A stretch of DNA of 64,000 nucleotides from Longimicrobiales bacterium (GCA_965238005.1 OZ250165.1:3296001-3360000); one strand, 5' to 3'. Positions 43,613 through 55,288 are shown, counted from the stretch's first letter. Notes: generated by a model from the letters alone, not told the origin. Made by a program: numbers and translations.

Positions 43613-44764
43613 CTATCTCCGCTTCCTTCCACGCTTCAGGATCACCTGGTCCATCCGGGCTCCCAGACTGTTGAACAGCACGGTTCGATCCGAGGAGCTC
43701 ATGGTGGCTGGAACCGCCTGCTCGAGGACCGTGAGCGTCTGCGGGCTGCTCTTGAATGCACGCCAGAAGCGATGGGCGGCGAAAACCAGCTCGGGAACGC
43801 CGAACGGTGGCGATTTCAGGTTGGCTTTTCTAGAGATCTCGAGGGGTTCGTCGCCCCGAGCCAATAGGCGGAGGACGGGGGAAAGATCGGTCAGAATCCG
43901 ATGGGCTCCTTGTAACGAGGGCGGCTCAGGCGACAGCGCGCATGTGTGTCTCAGAATACGCTCCGCCAACGCCAGCGCAGCGAGCATTGCTTCCGAGCTC
44001 AAGCTGAGCAGGCCAAGCCGGAAGGGTGATGCCAGCGCCAGCAACAAATCGTCTGTCGCGTCGCGGGCGACGGGGCGGGACGGTAGATCCAGGCCGAGAA
44101 GCCGAGTCCCACGATCTACGCGGGAACCCAGCGCGGCACGATCGGCCGACGCATCGTTCAGCACGTCGCCGAAGCGGGCATGGTCCAGGGCCTGGGAACA
44201 CACATCCCGGAAGGTCGATTCCCTCGCCACAACGGCTCGCGGACCGAGATCGGGGTGTAAACGGGTAGGTGTCAGAAACGACTTCACGTATCCCGGATCC
44301 AGCATTCGGCTGTCACGGATGGCGGCCTCGAGGTCGGCGTGGGTACCCTCAACGGCCCCGGGCGATGCCGGGACCTGCAAACGCAGGGGACACAGGAAGT
44401 GCGGGCTGACGGCAACCGCGGCCCCGATCCGGGTGAACACGTTGAACGGAAAAGTCACACAAACCCCCGGCTTGGTGCCCTTTCCGTGCTCCTTTTCAAT
44501 ACGGCACTGGAGGTCGGCGTCGAGGAAAAAGCACCCCCCGGAGGGCGTGGCGATATTGACCTGATCGGCTTGACGGCTAGTGGACACGCTGCCGAGGGCT
44601 GGATAGATCTGTAGCAGCTTACGCATCTCACGCTCGAGGCTGCCGCCGAAGCCATCCCCGCGGCAGCACAGTGCCGTGCACTCCGCACAGACGTAGTGAT
44701 AAACGCCGTCCGGAAACGCGAAGAAGAACGAGCCGTCCTGACTATCCGTGGTTGGTGCGGGCAC
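43613..44764 (-). CDS. YkgJ/CxxCxxCC-type cysteine-cluster (putative Fe-S/Zn) protein with long C-terminal domain
   Basis: CAECTALCC...CFFLDADLQCRIE...KPGVCVTFPF; GGAGGAG RBS. Confidence 0.8.
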   Translation of the reverse strand: MPAPTTDSQDGSFFFAFPDGVYHYVCAECTALCCRGDGFGGSLEREMRKLLQIYPALGSVSTSRQADQVNIATPSGGCFFLDADLQCRIEKEHGKGTKPGVCVTFPFNVFTRIGAAVAVSPHFLCPLRLQVPASPGAVEGTHADLEAAIRDSRMLDPGYVKSFLTPTRLHPDLGPRAVVARESTFRDVCSQALDHARFGDVLNDASADRAALGSRVDRGTRLLGLDLPSRPVARDATDDLLLALASPFRLGLLSLSSEAMLAALALAERILRHTCALSPEPPSLQGAHRILTDLSPVLRLLARGDEPLEISRKANLKSPPFGVPELVFAAHRFWRAFKSSPQTLTVLEQAVPATMSSSDRTVLFNSLGARMDQVILKRGRKRR

Positions 44765-44904
44765 GCCCTGCTCCTCCGCTCATTTCATGTGGCGCCGATC
44801 GTTGATGGTGACCGCCAGGGTGGGGGGAAGCGCGCCGGAGTGGGCCTAACGTACAGTCTTACCGCGGTTGGCTGGACATGCCCATTCGCGAAATGTCGTG
44901 ATCT

Positions 44905-45453
44905 TCAGCAACCACATTTCTCCTGGGCCTGGGAGTTACCCATGCACTTTCCATTACAACACATTCTCTTGTCGCAAGTGGTTCCGGTGTTGTTGATGCA
45001 TGGGGTGCAAACCGGCATCCCTCCACAAGCATTTTGGGGCAGGCACGAGGTTTGTGCCGCCGCCAACGGCGCGACGATCGAATCGATCACCGGCAGGAGC
45101 AGCGAGATCCCGGCTGCCCGTCGCAGAGTTCGTAGCATCTCCCGACGCGAGTATCGGGCCCGATCCGCCGGCAGTGCCACCGGCTCACTCAGCAAGTGTG
45201 CCCGGTCCAAGCGGTCCAGCGCCATCCACACCACTGCCTCGTCGGCCGGGAGCTCCAGTTCCTTTTTCAGCAGCGCGGCCGTATCGGCCACGCTCGTTCG
45301 CCCATTGCAGCACCGCCACACGAGGGCGGCCGTGTGATTCAGGCAAGAGGCCTTGTGGCGCTCCAGGTCGTAGATCAGGATTTCGTCCTGCAAGTCCTCG
45401 ACAACCAGCTCGTCTTGCCTCGCCCGGGGCATCAGCGCTCTTGTGGTTTCCAT
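44905..45453 (-). CDS. PqqD/RRE-domain protein fused to a Tat-like signal and a 10-Cys peptide, copy 1
   Basis: Start METTR after GGAGTGAGGT; EILIYD..CLNHTAALVWRCCNG; SRREMLR; AAAQ; 48-aa Cys-rich tail. Confidence 0.87.
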   Translation of the reverse strand: METTRALMPRARQDELVVEDLQDEILIYDLERHKASCLNHTAALVWRCCNGRTSVADTAALLKKELELPADEAVVWMALDRLDRAHLLSEPVALPADRARYSRREMLRTLRRAAGISLLLPVIDSIVAPLAAAQTSCLPQNACGGMPVCTPCINNTGTTCDKRMCCNGKCMGNSQAQEKCGC

Positions 45454-45550
45454 AGGTACCTCACTCCAAAATCGCTGGCGCGTGCTTACACTACCATTAT
45501 TCACGATTCATATGTGGCGCACAAGCCAAAACTCGTCCCGAGCTACCGCT

Positions 45551-46393
45551 TCACGAACCTCGGCCCGCCTGTTTCGTTAACCGGCCCAAGAGGACTTCGG
45601 CGATTCCCCCGGCCTCACCACGCGCTCCCTTTAGCACCATCGCCTCGGCCGTGGCCGCACGCAGCGTCGCGAAGACCCGCTCCGGATCGCGTCTGGCGGG
45701 GACGGTGTGGGCCAAGAGTTCCATCACCGCCCGCCCAGGCGAAAGCCGGCGCGGTCGCCACCGCACACCCTCCCGGTAGCTTGTCGCGACGACCAATCCT
45801 ACCGGGAGCGGTCTGACACCGGTTGTCCCGCCCAAAGCTTCCGGGAGGATCTTCTTCGGGCGTCCACCCCCGTTCTGCCGCATCGACAAAGGCTTCGGAT
45901 AGGGATGCACCCGACCACGCTCATCGAGCACGGCGTATTCATCCGAGTAGTACGTCGCCCCCGCCTCGACCAATGCCTTGATCAGGGTCGTCTTGCCGCT
46001 CATGCTACGCCCCGGGATGACGATCGCCCTGCCACGCCAGCCCACGACGCCGGCATGGACAAACACCCTGCGGCGGGCATGTTCGGCGACGTATAGATGC
46101 AAGTGGTTTTCGAGGTCTTCCAGTACCTGGTCCGTGTCCTTCGTTCGTACCAGCCTTACCGCGCCCGCATACAGAATATTGAAACGGCGAACGTTGGAGC
46201 CGACCTTGGTTCCGCTGGCTATCAGCGAATACAAACCACCGACGCGGGGCCCGCGAGCCGGCTTGGCATGCGGTGGAAGCACTCCTTCAATCCGATCCAT
46301 GATCTCCGGACTACTCACCCGGATCCCGATGCGTAAGCCGTAGGAGACGAACGCGATCCCCGCCGCCCACCCGAGGCGGTCGATTTTCTCCAT
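45551..46393 (-). CDS. HPr-kinase-related P-loop kinase, copy 1
   Basis: VHAGVVGWRGRAIVIPGRSMSGKTTL...YYSDE. Confidence 0.85.
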   Translation of the reverse strand: MEKIDRLGWAAGIAFVSYGLRIGIRVSSPEIMDRIEGVLPPHAKPARGPRVGGLYSLIASGTKVGSNVRRFNILYAGAVRLVRTKDTDQVLEDLENHLHLYVAEHARRRVFVHAGVVGWRGRAIVIPGRSMSGKTTLIKALVEAGATYYSDEYAVLDERGRVHPYPKPLSMRQNGGGRPKKILPEALGGTTGVRPLPVGLVVATSYREGVRWRPRRLSPGRAVMELLAHTVPARRDPERVFATLRAATAEAMVLKGARGEAGGIAEVLLGRLTKQAGRGS

Positions 46394-46643
46394 TCAGGTG
46401 GACCCCGGCACCAACACCATCTCGTCGACGTCGCACATCTGCGGTGGAGATCCTCTGTGCTGTTTCATGGGGCAATTACACCACCGCGATTGACGAGCCG
46501 ATCGCAGCGCCATTAGAAGGCCGGCGCGACACTGTAAGTCAATGCATCATAACAAGTTCAGTCAGAAGGAACCAGTCGCCCCAGCACCCTGAAAGCCCGT
46601 TCGTACAGCACGTCCTAACCACACTGGACGCCCGATCACACCG

Positions 46644-46683
46644 CAAAAATATGAGGGGGAGTGCCCATCGGGCACTCCCCCTC
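46644..46683 (-). terminator. intrinsic terminator after rpoC
   Basis: 14-bp stem gagggggagtgccc-atc-gggcactccccctc followed by ATATTTTTG on the minus strand. Confidence 0.8.
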
Positions 46684-46702
46684 GCTCACTCAACCGGCTT
46701 GC

Positions 46703-46793
46703 CGAAGCGGGTCGTCGGCTCCCCGGAGCGACGATCTGCGGCGCAGCCGTAGAGCGTAGCGTCGGCGCGCAGAGGAGCCGACGACCCGCTTCG
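46703..46793. repeat. 20-bp perfect inverted repeat just past the rpoC stop
   Basis: cgaagcgggtcgtcggctcc ... ggagccgacgacccgcttcg with a 51-nt loop. Confidence 0.8.
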
Positions 46794-46795
46794 AC

Positions 46796-49700
46796 CTAGT
46801 CGGCCGTGACCTCTTCGAGCCCGATCAGCTCGCCCGGATCCACCAACGGAAGAATCTCCTCCTCGTAGAACGATTGCTCGACCATGAACTCCACGTCCTG
46901 ATACCGATGGACACCGGTTCCGGCTGGGATGAGGTGACCGATGATGATGTTCTCCTTGAGCCCCTTCAGGTCGTCCCTGGCGCCCCGGACTGCGGCGTCC
47001 GTAAGCACGCGGGTCGTCTCCTGGAAAGAGGCGGCCGAGATGAAGGACTCGGTCGTGAGGCTCGCCTTGGTGATCCCCAGCAGGAGCGGCTCGGAGCGAG
47101 CCGGCTTCTTGCCGTCTTTGATCGATCTGCGGTTCACCTCGCGGAATTCGACCCGGTCGACGTTCTCCCCTTCCAGCAGCGCCGTCTCACCGGGATCGGT
47201 GATGCGGACCTTCTGGAGCATCTGCCGGACGATCACACCGATGTGCTTGTCGTTGATTTGCACGCCCTGCAGTCGGTACACCTCCTGGATCCCGTTGAGC
47301 AGGTACTCCTGCACGGCCCGGGGGCCACGGATCTTCAGGATGTCGTGCGGGTTGATGGGACCCTCGGACAGACGGTCACCCGCCCGCACCCGGTCACCCT
47401 CGTGCACCCGCATGTGCTTGCCGACGGGCACCGGGTAAGCCCTCTCGTCCTTCTCCCCGGTGTCCGGCGTCACGATCACTTCGCGCTTGCCTCGTTTGAT
47501 GTCGCCGAAACGTACCTCGCCGTCGATCTCCGTGATGACCGCCGGGTCCTTCGGGCGACGCGCCTCGAAGAGCTCAGCAACGCGCGGCAGACCCCCCGTG
47601 ATATCTCGGGTCTTATACACCTCGCGGCTGATCTTGGCGATGGTGTCGCCGGGGTTGATCTTCTCACCGTCCCGGACCGTGAGCTGGGCGCCCATCGGGA
47701 TGATGAACTCCCGGAGCTTCTCGGCCTTCTTCGTGCCCTTCCGAATCTGGATAGTCGGGTGCAGCTTCTTGTCGCGATCCTCGATGATCGTCATCTGGCG
47801 ACGACCCGTGGACTCGTCCAGCTCCTCCCTCATGGTCTGCTCGTCGACGATGTCGACGAACTTCACGACCCCGCCGGAGTCGGCCACGATGGGCTCGGAA
47901 TACGGGTCCCAGCTGAAGAGCAGGTCGCCGGACTCGATCACCTGCCCCTCTTCAGCCGCGAGCGTCGCGCCGTACGGAACGCTCAGGCGACTACGGACCT
48001 GGCCCTCCGCCGTCTTGAGCAGGATCTGCCCCTCGCGTGAGGTCACGATCAGCTCGTCGTTGGGCGTAAGAACCGTGGTGACGCGCTCCAGAGCCGCCAC
48101 TCCGTCGATCTTCGAGCGACGCTGGGTCTGAGCCGCGATCCGGGCCGCTGTTCCTCCGATATGGAACGTCCGCAGCGTGAGCTGCGTCCCGGGCTCGCCG
48201 ATCGACTGGGCCGCCAGAATCCCGACGGCCTCACCGATGTCGACCAGCTGCATGGTGGCCAGGTTCCGGCCATAGCACATGTGGCAGAGGCCCCTCTTGG
48301 ACTCACACGTCAGCACGGACCGGATCTTCACGACCTGAATCCCTGCAGCTTCGATGGCGTCCGCGGTCTCCTCTTCGATGAGATGGCCGGCCTGGACCAG
48401 CAACTCTCCGTCGATGGGATCGTAGACGTCCTCGAGGGCCACGTTGCCCACGATTCGGTCCATGAGAGGCTCGATGATGTCCTCACCCTCCTTGAGGGCA
48501 GTCATCTCGAGGCCGAGGATGGTCCCGCAGTCTTCCCCGGTGATGGTCACGTCCTGGGCGACGTCGACGAGGCGGCGCGTGAGGTACCCTGCGTCCGCCG
48601 TCTTCAACGCCGTGTCGGCGAGACCCTTCCGCGCTCCGTGGGTAGAGATGAAGTACTCCACCACCGACAGCCCCTCGCGGAAGTTGGACTTGATGGGGCT
48701 CTCGATGATCTCGCCGATGCCACCCGTGAGCTTCTTTTGGGGCTTGGCCATGAGGCCACGCATCCCGGCGAGCTGCCGCATCTGGTCGCGGTTACCTCGC
48801 GCCCCGGAGGTCATCATCATGTAGACGGGGTTGAAGCCCTCCTGAGAACGCTCCAGCCGCTTGACCATGGCGTCGGCTACGTCGTTGTTGGCGTGGGTCC
48901 AGGTGTCGATGACCTTGTTGTACCGCTCACCGTTGGAGATGTAGCCGCTGGAGTACGCCTTCTGAAAGCGCTTGACCTGCTCGCCGGCTTCGTCCAGGAT
49001 CTGCGGCTTCTCATCCGGCACATCGAGGTCGGCGATACCCACGCTGATCCCACCCATGGTGGCGTACCGGAAGCCGAAGTCCTTCAGATAGTCCAAGAAC
49101 TCGGTCGTACGGGTCAGCCCCACGGTGGTGAAACAGTCGAAGACGAGGTCTCCCAGCTCCTTCTTGCCGAACGTCTGGTTGAAGAAGCCCAGCTCCGCCG
49201 GGATGATGGAGTTGAACAGCACGCGTCCCGCCGTGCACCTGAGCCACTTGCCGTCGTGGTCTCCGTCCTCCTCGGGATGCTTCGGCACCCAGTACCAGCA
49301 CGGGCTGTTGAACTGGAGCCAACCGCCCTCCAGCCCCATCTCCACCTCTCCGAACGTGGAGAAGTGGGGAACGTCGGCGTAGATCTCGTCAAGGCCCTCT
49401 TCGGCAGCGGCCCGAGCGTTCTTGGGCGCCTTGCTGTTGTACGCCACCTCCTCCAGGTCCGAGATCTCCAGGGCCGGCTTGGTGAGGTAGTACCCACCGA
49501 TGACCATGTCCTGGGACGGCGCCGTGACCGGTCGGCCGTGGGATGGCAGCAGGATGTTGTTGCTCGATAGCATGAGCACCCGTGCCTCGAGCTGCGCCTC
49601 GAACGACAGAGGTACGTGAACCGCCATCTGGTCCCCGTCGAAGTCGGCGTTGAACGCCGCGCACACGAGCGGGTGGATCCGGATGGCCTTCCCCTCCACG

Positions 49701-51091
49701 AGCACGGGCTCGAACGCCTGGATGCCCAGACGGTGGAGCGTCGGGGCTCGGTTCAGCAGCACCGGGTGGTCTTTGATGATGTCCTCGAGGACTTCATAGA
49801 CCTTCGGATCGTCACGCTCGACGATCTTCTTGGCTCTCTTGACCGTCTCGGCCTCGCCCCGCTTCTCGAGCTCGTGGATGATGAACGGCTTGAACAGCTC
49901 CACGGCCATGGCCTTGGGCAGGCCGCACTGGTGCAGTTTGAGCTCGGGACCGACCACGATGACCGAGCGACCAGAGTAGTCCACCCGCTTCCCGAGCAGG
50001 TTCTGGCGGAAGCGTCCCTGCTTGCCCTTTAGCATGTCGGACAGTGACTTGAGGGGACGCTTGCCCCGACCGCGAATGGCCTTCGAACGCCGCCCGTTGT
50101 CGAAGAGCGCGTCGACGGCCTCCTGAAGCATGCGCTTCTCATTCCGGAGGATGACCTCCGGGGCGCGCATGTCGATGAGCTTCTTGAGCCGGTTATTCCG
50201 GTTGATGACCCGACGGTACAGGTCGTTCAGGTCGGAGGTGGCGAACCGTCCCCCGTCCAGCGGAACCAGAGGCCGAAGGTCGGGCGGAATCACCGGAATC
50301 ACATCCATGACCATCCACTCGGGCCGGTTCCGTTCGCCCACGCTGCCGCCCGAGTTGCGCAAGGCGTCGACCACCTTGAGCCGCTTCAGCTTCTTCTTCT
50401 TACGGTGCTGTGACGTCTCCGTGGCGATCTCGATCCGCAGCCAATGTGCCAGGCGATCGAGGCCTTTGCCGTCGGAGTTGCGGTCGTTGATCCGGCGCAC
50501 CGGGCTGTCGAGCATCTTGAGAAGCGTGCGAACCGCCTCGGCACCGATCTCGGCCTTGAACCTCTCGTCGCCCTTGTCTCGCGACTTCACCCGCAGATCG
50601 TAGTACTCGTCCTCGTCCAGGAGCTCGAGGAACTCGACATCCTGCTTGCCGGGGTGCGTCACCACGTACGAGGCGTAGTAGATCACCTTCTCCAGATCCC
50701 GCAGCGTCATCCCGACCAGGTACCCCAGCTGGCTAGGTAGCGTCTTGAAGAACCAGATGTGACAGATGGGCACTGCCAACTCGATGTGGCCCATGCGCTC
50801 GCGGCGAACCTTGGAGAGCGTGACCTCGACCCCGCAGCGATCACAGACGTGCCCCCGGAACCGGATCCGCTTGAACTTCCCGCAGTGACACTCCCAGTCC
50901 TTCACCGGACCGAAGATGCGCTCACAGAACAGTCCGTCCCGCTCCGGCTTGAAGGACCGGTAGTTGATGGTCTCGGGCTTAGTCACCTCACCGAACGACC
51001 AGGAGCGGATCTCCTCGGGAGCGGCGATTCTGATCTGGATGAAGTCGAAGTCCGAGGAGCGCTGCTCTCTCGACCTGGGAAAATCGATCAT
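46796..51091 (-). CDS. rpoC: RNA polymerase beta' subunit
   Basis: NADFDGD catalytic motif, N-terminal Zn finger. Confidence 0.99.
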   Translation of the reverse strand: MIDFPRSREQRSSDFDFIQIRIAAPEEIRSWSFGEVTKPETINYRSFKPERDGLFCERIFGPVKDWECHCGKFKRIRFRGHVCDRCGVEVTLSKVRRERMGHIELAVPICHIWFFKTLPSQLGYLVGMTLRDLEKVIYYASYVVTHPGKQDVEFLELLDEDEYYDLRVKSRDKGDERFKAEIGAEAVRTLLKMLDSPVRRINDRNSDGKGLDRLAHWLRIEIATETSQHRKKKKLKRLKVVDALRNSGGSVGERNRPEWMVMDVIPVIPPDLRPLVPLDGGRFATSDLNDLYRRVINRNNRLKKLIDMRAPEVILRNEKRMLQEAVDALFDNGRRSKAIRGRGKRPLKSLSDMLKGKQGRFRQNLLGKRVDYSGRSVIVVGPELKLHQCGLPKAMAVELFKPFIIHELEKRGEAETVKRAKKIVERDDPKVYEVLEDIIKDHPVLLNRAPTLHRLGIQAFEPVLVEGKAIRIHPLVCAAFNADFDGDQMAVHVPLSFEAQLEARVLMLSSNNILLPSHGRPVTAPSQDMVIGGYYLTKPALEISDLEEVAYNSKAPKNARAAAEEGLDEIYADVPHFSTFGEVEMGLEGGWLQFNSPCWYWVPKHPEEDGDHDGKWLRCTAGRVLFNSIIPAELGFFNQTFGKKELGDLVFDCFTTVGLTRTTEFLDYLKDFGFRYATMGGISVGIADLDVPDEKPQILDEAGEQVKRFQKAYSSGYISNGERYNKVIDTWTHANNDVADAMVKRLERSQEGFNPVYMMMTSGARGNRDQMRQLAGMRGLMAKPQKKLTGGIGEIIESPIKSNFREGLSVVEYFISTHGARKGLADTALKTADAGYLTRRLVDVAQDVTITGEDCGTILGLEMTALKEGEDIIEPLMDRIVGNVALEDVYDPIDGELLVQAGHLIEEETADAIEAAGIQVVKIRSVLTCESKRGLCHMCYGRNLATMQLVDIGEAVGILAAQSIGEPGTQLTLRTFHIGGTAARIAAQTQRRSKIDGVAALERVTTVLTPNDELIVTSREGQILLKTAEGQVRSRLSVPYGATLAAEEGQVIESGDLLFSWDPYSEPIVADSGGVVKFVDIVDEQTMREELDESTGRRQMTIIEDRDKKLHPTIQIRKGTKKAEKLREFIIPMGAQLTVRDGEKINPGDTIAKISREVYKTRDITGGLPRVAELFEARRPKDPAVITEIDGEVRFGDIKRGKREVIVTPDTGEKDERAYPVPVGKHMRVHEGDRVRAGDRLSEGPINPHDILKIRGPRAVQEYLLNGIQEVYRLQGVQINDKHIGVIVRQMLQKVRITDPGETALLEGENVDRVEFREVNRRSIKDGKKPARSEPLLLGITKASLTTESFISAASFQETTRVLTDAAVRGARDDLKGLKENIIIGHLIPAGTGVHRYQDVEFMVEQSFYEEEILPLVDPGELIGLEEVTAD

Positions 51092-51094
51092 CGT

Positions 51095-54000
51095 CTATTC
51101 CTCCCGGCCGAGGGTTACGCTCAGGCCGAGGGCCTGCAGCTCTTTTACTAGCACGTTGAATGACTCCGGAATTCCGGGTTGGGGCAGGTTGTCTCCCTTC
51201 ACGATGGCCTCGTAGACCTTCGAGCGGCCCGCCACGTCGTCAGACTTCACAGTGAGGATCTCCTGGAGCGTGTGTGCGGCGCCGTACGCCTCCAGCGCCC
51301 AAACCTCCATCTCCCCGAAGCGCTGGCCGCCGAACTGGGCCTTGCCGGCCAGCGGCTGCTGCGTCACCAAGGAGTAGGGTCCGATGCTCCGGGCGTGGAT
51401 CTTGTCATCCACCAGGTGGCTGAGCTTCAGCATGTAGATCACGCCGACGGTGACGGGGAAATCGAACTGCCGCCCGCTGCGTCCGTCCCTCAGAAACGCC
51501 TTACCGTTGGGCAGGATGCTCGCCGATTCCATGATCTCGAGGGAGGCCGCGTCCAGTCCCTCGTCCAGCTTCTGCTTCCGATTGAGGTGCGCGATGGCGG
51601 GGAACTCCTCCGAGAACGTTCCGTCCCGGCGCCCGGCCAACTCCTTCCCGGCTTCGACCAGGTAGTCCCTGAGCGCATCGAAGAAGACAGCCAGCGGCTT
51701 CGAGAGCTTGAGCTTCAGGTAGGCGTCCAAAGTCCGTCCGATCCCGCTCTTGGAAGAGTCTATACCGTTCCCGTTGCCGTGGGCCCGGGCCTCCCTCGCA
51801 GGTAGGTCATGGGCCAGGTCGATGAGCTCGATCGTGGACTCGGCGTCGAGGGCCGGCATCTCCGCCTTGATGTCAAGGCACTGATGGGCCCACCGGAGGC
51901 CTGCGACCTTGAGAAGAAGGCCCACCTCGTCCTCGGAAGCCCCGTGGAAGACGGGCGTCTTGGCCTCGAATCCCAGGACACGGGCCGCCCACCCCAGGTG
52001 CGTCTCCAGGACCTGTCCCACATTCATGCGCGAGGGCACGCCCAACGGGTTGAGCACGATCTCGACGGGCGTCCCGTCGGGAAGGAACGGCATGTCCTCC
52101 TCGGGAGCGATCCGAGCGATGATGCCCTTGTTCCCATGCCGCCCGGCCATCTTGTCGCCTACGGAGATCTTCCGCTTCTCGGCGATGTAGACCTTCGCGA
52201 GCTGGACCACACCAGGCGGCAGCTCGTCGGGCTGGAAGACCTTGTCGATCTGCTCCTCGGTCTTCCCCTTCACCCGCTCGATCCGGTTCCTGGCCTCGTC
52301 GACCACGCGCCGGACGCGCCCGCTGGCCTCCTTGCTCCTCACCTTGAGGGTGCTCAGGTCGAGCTTGTTGAACTGCAACTCATCCAAGATCTCCCTCGTG
52401 AGCTTCGTGCCGTCTTCGAAGTACGGCTCAACGGTCCCCTTCTTGAGGGCCAAAGCCACGGTGTTCAGGTGGAGGATCTCACGTAGCTCTTCATCCCGAG
52501 CTGCGCTGGTGCGACTGATCTCCTCCCGCTCCTGCTGGCGAAGCTCACCGATCCGCGCCCCGTGCTCCTTCTCGAGAAGGGGATCGTCGATGCGTCGGGA
52601 GAAGATCTTCACGTCGATGACAGTGCCGCTCATTCCCGGAGGAACGCGCAGGGACGAGTCCTTCACGTCCTTGGCCTTCTCACCGAAGATGGCTGTCAGG
52701 AGCTTCTCCTCAGGCGAGAGCTCCGTCTCACCCTTGGGCGTGATCTTGCCCACCAGGATGTCGCCACTCGTCAGGCGAGCGCCGGTCCTGACGATTCCAC
52801 GCTCGTCCAGATCGACCAGGCTCTCCTCGGCCACGTTCGGGATCTCGCGGGTGATCTCCTCCATCCCGCGCTTCGTGTCTCTGACGTGCAACTCGAGCTC
52901 CTGGATGTGGATAGACGTGAACACGTCCTCCTTCACCAGCTTCTCGCTGATGACGATGGCGTCCTCGTAGTTGTATCCGTACCAGGGCATGAAGGCGACG
53001 AGCACGTTGCGGCCCAGCGCCAGCTCCCCGTTGTCCGTTGAAGGCCCGTCGGCGATGATGTCGCCGGGCTGGATCTCCTGGCCGTCCTCCACCAGGGGAC
53101 GCTGGTTGATGGCCGTGTCCTGGTTGGTGCGCCAGAACTTCTTGAGACGGTAGCGATCGTACTGGGCCAGCTTGGCCAGCGGCTGTTCGGTCTTGCCAGG
53201 CGTCACGGAGCCGGTGTCGATGACGATCTCTTCGGCCGTCACGTGGGCGACTCGTCCCCCCCGGCGGGCCGTGATGACCGCACCCGAGTCCCTGGCCACC
53301 TTGAACTCGAGGCCGGTGCCCACCAACGGTGCGTCCGTGTAGAGGAGCGGCACCGCCTGGCGCTGCATGTTCGAGCCCATGAGCGCCCGGTTGGCATCGT
53401 CGTGCTCGAGGAACGGGATCAACGCGGCGGCCACGGACACGAGCTGGTCGGGCGCCACGTCCATATAGTCGATGACCCCGGGCCGGAGCAGCGGGAAGTC
53501 TCCCCGCTCCCGGCACAGGACGAACTCGTTGACGAATGTCCCCCTGTCGTCCAGCGGCGCGTTGGCCTGGGCGATCCGCGACTCTTCCTCTTCGTTGGCC
53601 GAAAGCCACTCGATCTGGTTGGTGACCTTGCCCTTCTGCACCTTACGGTACGGAGTCTCCACGAAGCCGAGCTCGTTGATCCGGCTGTACGTCGTGAGGG
53701 AGGTGATGAGTCCGATGTTGGGACCCTCGGGGGTCTCGATGGGACACATGCGCCCGTAGTGGGAGTAGTGCACGTCCCGGACCTCGAAGCCGGCGCGCTC
53801 CCGCGTGAGGCCGCCGGGCCCCAGGGCGGACAGGCGCCGCTTGTGCGTCAGCTCGGCCAGCGGGTTCGTCTGGTCCATGAACTGGCTGAGCTGAGAAGAT
53901 CCGAAGAAGGCCTGGATGACGGCCGAGACCGTCCGGGCGTTCACCAGGTCGTCGATGTTGACCTTCTCCGGATCCGTGTTGATGGACATGCGCTCTTTGA

Positions 54001-55288
54001 CGAGCCGCGCCATCCGGGAGAGCCCCACCGAGAACTGGTTCGCGATGAGCTCACCCACGGTCCTGACCCGTCGGTTGCCGAGATGGTCGATGTCGTCGGT
54101 GCTCCCGCGGCCCTCACTCAGCTCGATGAGGTACCGGAGGATCTCGATGAAGTCCTCCTTGGTGAGGACCGTCTCGTGGGCAGGCGCATTGACGTCCAGG
54201 CGCTTGTTGATCTTGTAGCGGCCCACGCGGCCGAGATCATAGCGCTTGGGATTGAAGAAGACGCGCTCCAGTGCCAAGCGGGCCGTCTCTATGTTGGGCG
54301 CGTCTCCGGGCCGCAAGAGCGAGTAGATGGCGTTGAGTGCCTCCTCCTCGCTGTCGGTCGGGTCCTTCCGGAGGGTGTTCTTCACGATGGGGCTTTCGCC
54401 ACGACCCGAATCCCGCTCGCTGGCGTAGATCTTGATTCTCTTCCGGCCAGCCCTCTCCAGCCGCTCGGCCACCTCTTCGTCGATCTCGGTGGCCTCTTCG
54501 ACCAACACCTCACCGGTACCGCGATCGATGATCTCCTCGGCGATGACCGACCCGAGGATCTCCCTAGTGCCCTGCTTATCGACCGTTCGGGGATCCACGT
54601 TCTTCGTCGTGAAGAAGATCTGGTAGATGTCCGAGTCCGTTCCGTAGCCGAACGCCCTCAGAAGGGCCGTGGCCGGGAACTTCTTCTTCTTGTCGATGTG
54701 GACGTAGCAGATGTCGTTGATGTCGATGGTGAACTCGACCCACGAGCCCCTGAACGGGATGATCCGGGCGCTGTGCAGCTTCGTCCCGTTGGGGTGGATG
54801 CTCTCCTCGAACACCACGCCGGGTGAGCGGTGCAGCTGGCTGACCACGACCCGTTCGGCGCCGTTGATGATGAAGGTGCCCAGCTCGGTCAGGAGGGGCA
54901 GGTCACCGAGATAGACCTCCTTCTCGATGATGTCGCCTGGGCGCTTTTCGCCCCCTTCCAGCTCCTCCCAGACGATGAGACGTAGCTTCGCCTTGAGAGG
55001 CGCGGCATACGTCGTGTCCCGCTCGATGCACTCCTCGACCGAGTATTTCGGCTCACCCAGAGAGGCCGTGACGTACTCGAGCGTGAAGTTCTCGTGCACG
55101 TCTGAGATGGGGAAGATCTCCGTGAATACCCGGTCCAGTCCGAAATCCCACTGCTCCGAGAGATCCGCGTCCTGCTCCACGAGCTTCTCGAAGGAGCGGA
55201 GCTGGACGTCCAAGAGATTGGGCATCGGCATAACCGACTTGAGCTTCGCGAAGCTCACTACCGGACGATCATCTTTCCTAATATCCAA
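51095..55288 (-). CDS. rpoB: RNA polymerase beta subunit
   Basis: [34 protein letters not shown]; exact start uncertain. Confidence 0.99.
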   Translation of the reverse strand: MDIRKDDRPVVSFAKLKSVMPMPNLLDVQLRSFEKLVEQDADLSEQWDFGLDRVFTEIFPISDVHENFTLEYVTASLGEPKYSVEECIERDTTYAAPLKAKLRLIVWEELEGGEKRPGDIIEKEVYLGDLPLLTELGTFIINGAERVVVSQLHRSPGVVFEESIHPNGTKLHSARIIPFRGSWVEFTIDINDICYVHIDKKKKFPATALLRAFGYGTDSDIYQIFFTTKNVDPRTVDKQGTREILGSVIAEEIIDRGTGEVLVEEATEIDEEVAERLERAGRKRIKIYASERDSGRGESPIVKNTLRKDPTDSEEEALNAIYSLLRPGDAPNIETARLALERVFFNPKRYDLGRVGRYKINKRLDVNAPAHETVLTKEDFIEILRYLIELSEGRGSTDDIDHLGNRRVRTVGELIANQFSVGLSRMARLVKERMSINTDPEKVNIDDLVNARTVSAVIQAFFGSSQLSQFMDQTNPLAELTHKRRLSALGPGGLTRERAGFEVRDVHYSHYGRMCPIETPEGPNIGLITSLTTYSRINELGFVETPYRKVQKGKVTNQIEWLSANEEEESRIAQANAPLDDRGTFVNEFVLCRERGDFPLLRPGVIDYMDVAPDQLVSVAAALIPFLEHDDANRALMGSNMQRQAVPLLYTDAPLVGTGLEFKVARDSGAVITARRGGRVAHVTAEEIVIDTGSVTPGKTEQPLAKLAQYDRYRLKKFWRTNQDTAINQRPLVEDGQEIQPGDIIADGPSTDNGELALGRNVLVAFMPWYGYNYEDAIVISEKLVKEDVFTSIHIQELELHVRDTKRGMEEITREIPNVAEESLVDLDERGIVRTGARLTSGDILVGKITPKGETELSPEEKLLTAIFGEKAKDVKDSSLRVPPGMSGTVIDVKIFSRRIDDPLLEKEHGARIGELRQQEREEISRTSAARDEELREILHLNTVALALKKGTVEPYFEDGTKLTREILDELQFNKLDLSTLKVRSKEASGRVRRVVDEARNRIERVKGKTEEQIDKVFQPDELPPGVVQLAKVYIAEKRKISVGDKMAGRHGNKGIIARIAPEEDMPFLPDGTPVEIVLNPLGVPSRMNVGQVLETHLGWAARVLGFEAKTPVFHGASEDEVGLLLKVAGLRWAHQCLDIKAEMPALDAESTIELIDLAHDLPAREARAHGNGNGIDSSKSGIGRTLDAYLKLKLSKPLAVFFDALRDYLVEAGKELAGRRDGTFSEEFPAIAHLNRKQKLDEGLDAASLEIMESASILPNGKAFLRDGRSGRQFDFPVTVGVIYMLKLSHLVDDKIHARSIGPYSLVTQQPLAGKAQFGGQRFGEMEVWALEAYGAAHTLQEILTVKSDDVAGRSKVYEAIVKGDNLPQPGIPESFNVLVKELQALGLSVTLGREE

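Noticed and set aside
40493..45453. PQQ biosynthesis or a ranthipeptide/lanthipeptide cluster
   Set aside because: No pqqB/C/E, no radical SAM CxxxCxxC enzyme, no Lan dehydratase or cyclase in the window
46512..46542. Promoter for the inserted cassette (TTGACT...TCTAAT)
   Set aside because: 19-nt spacing and a weak -10 box; not enough support
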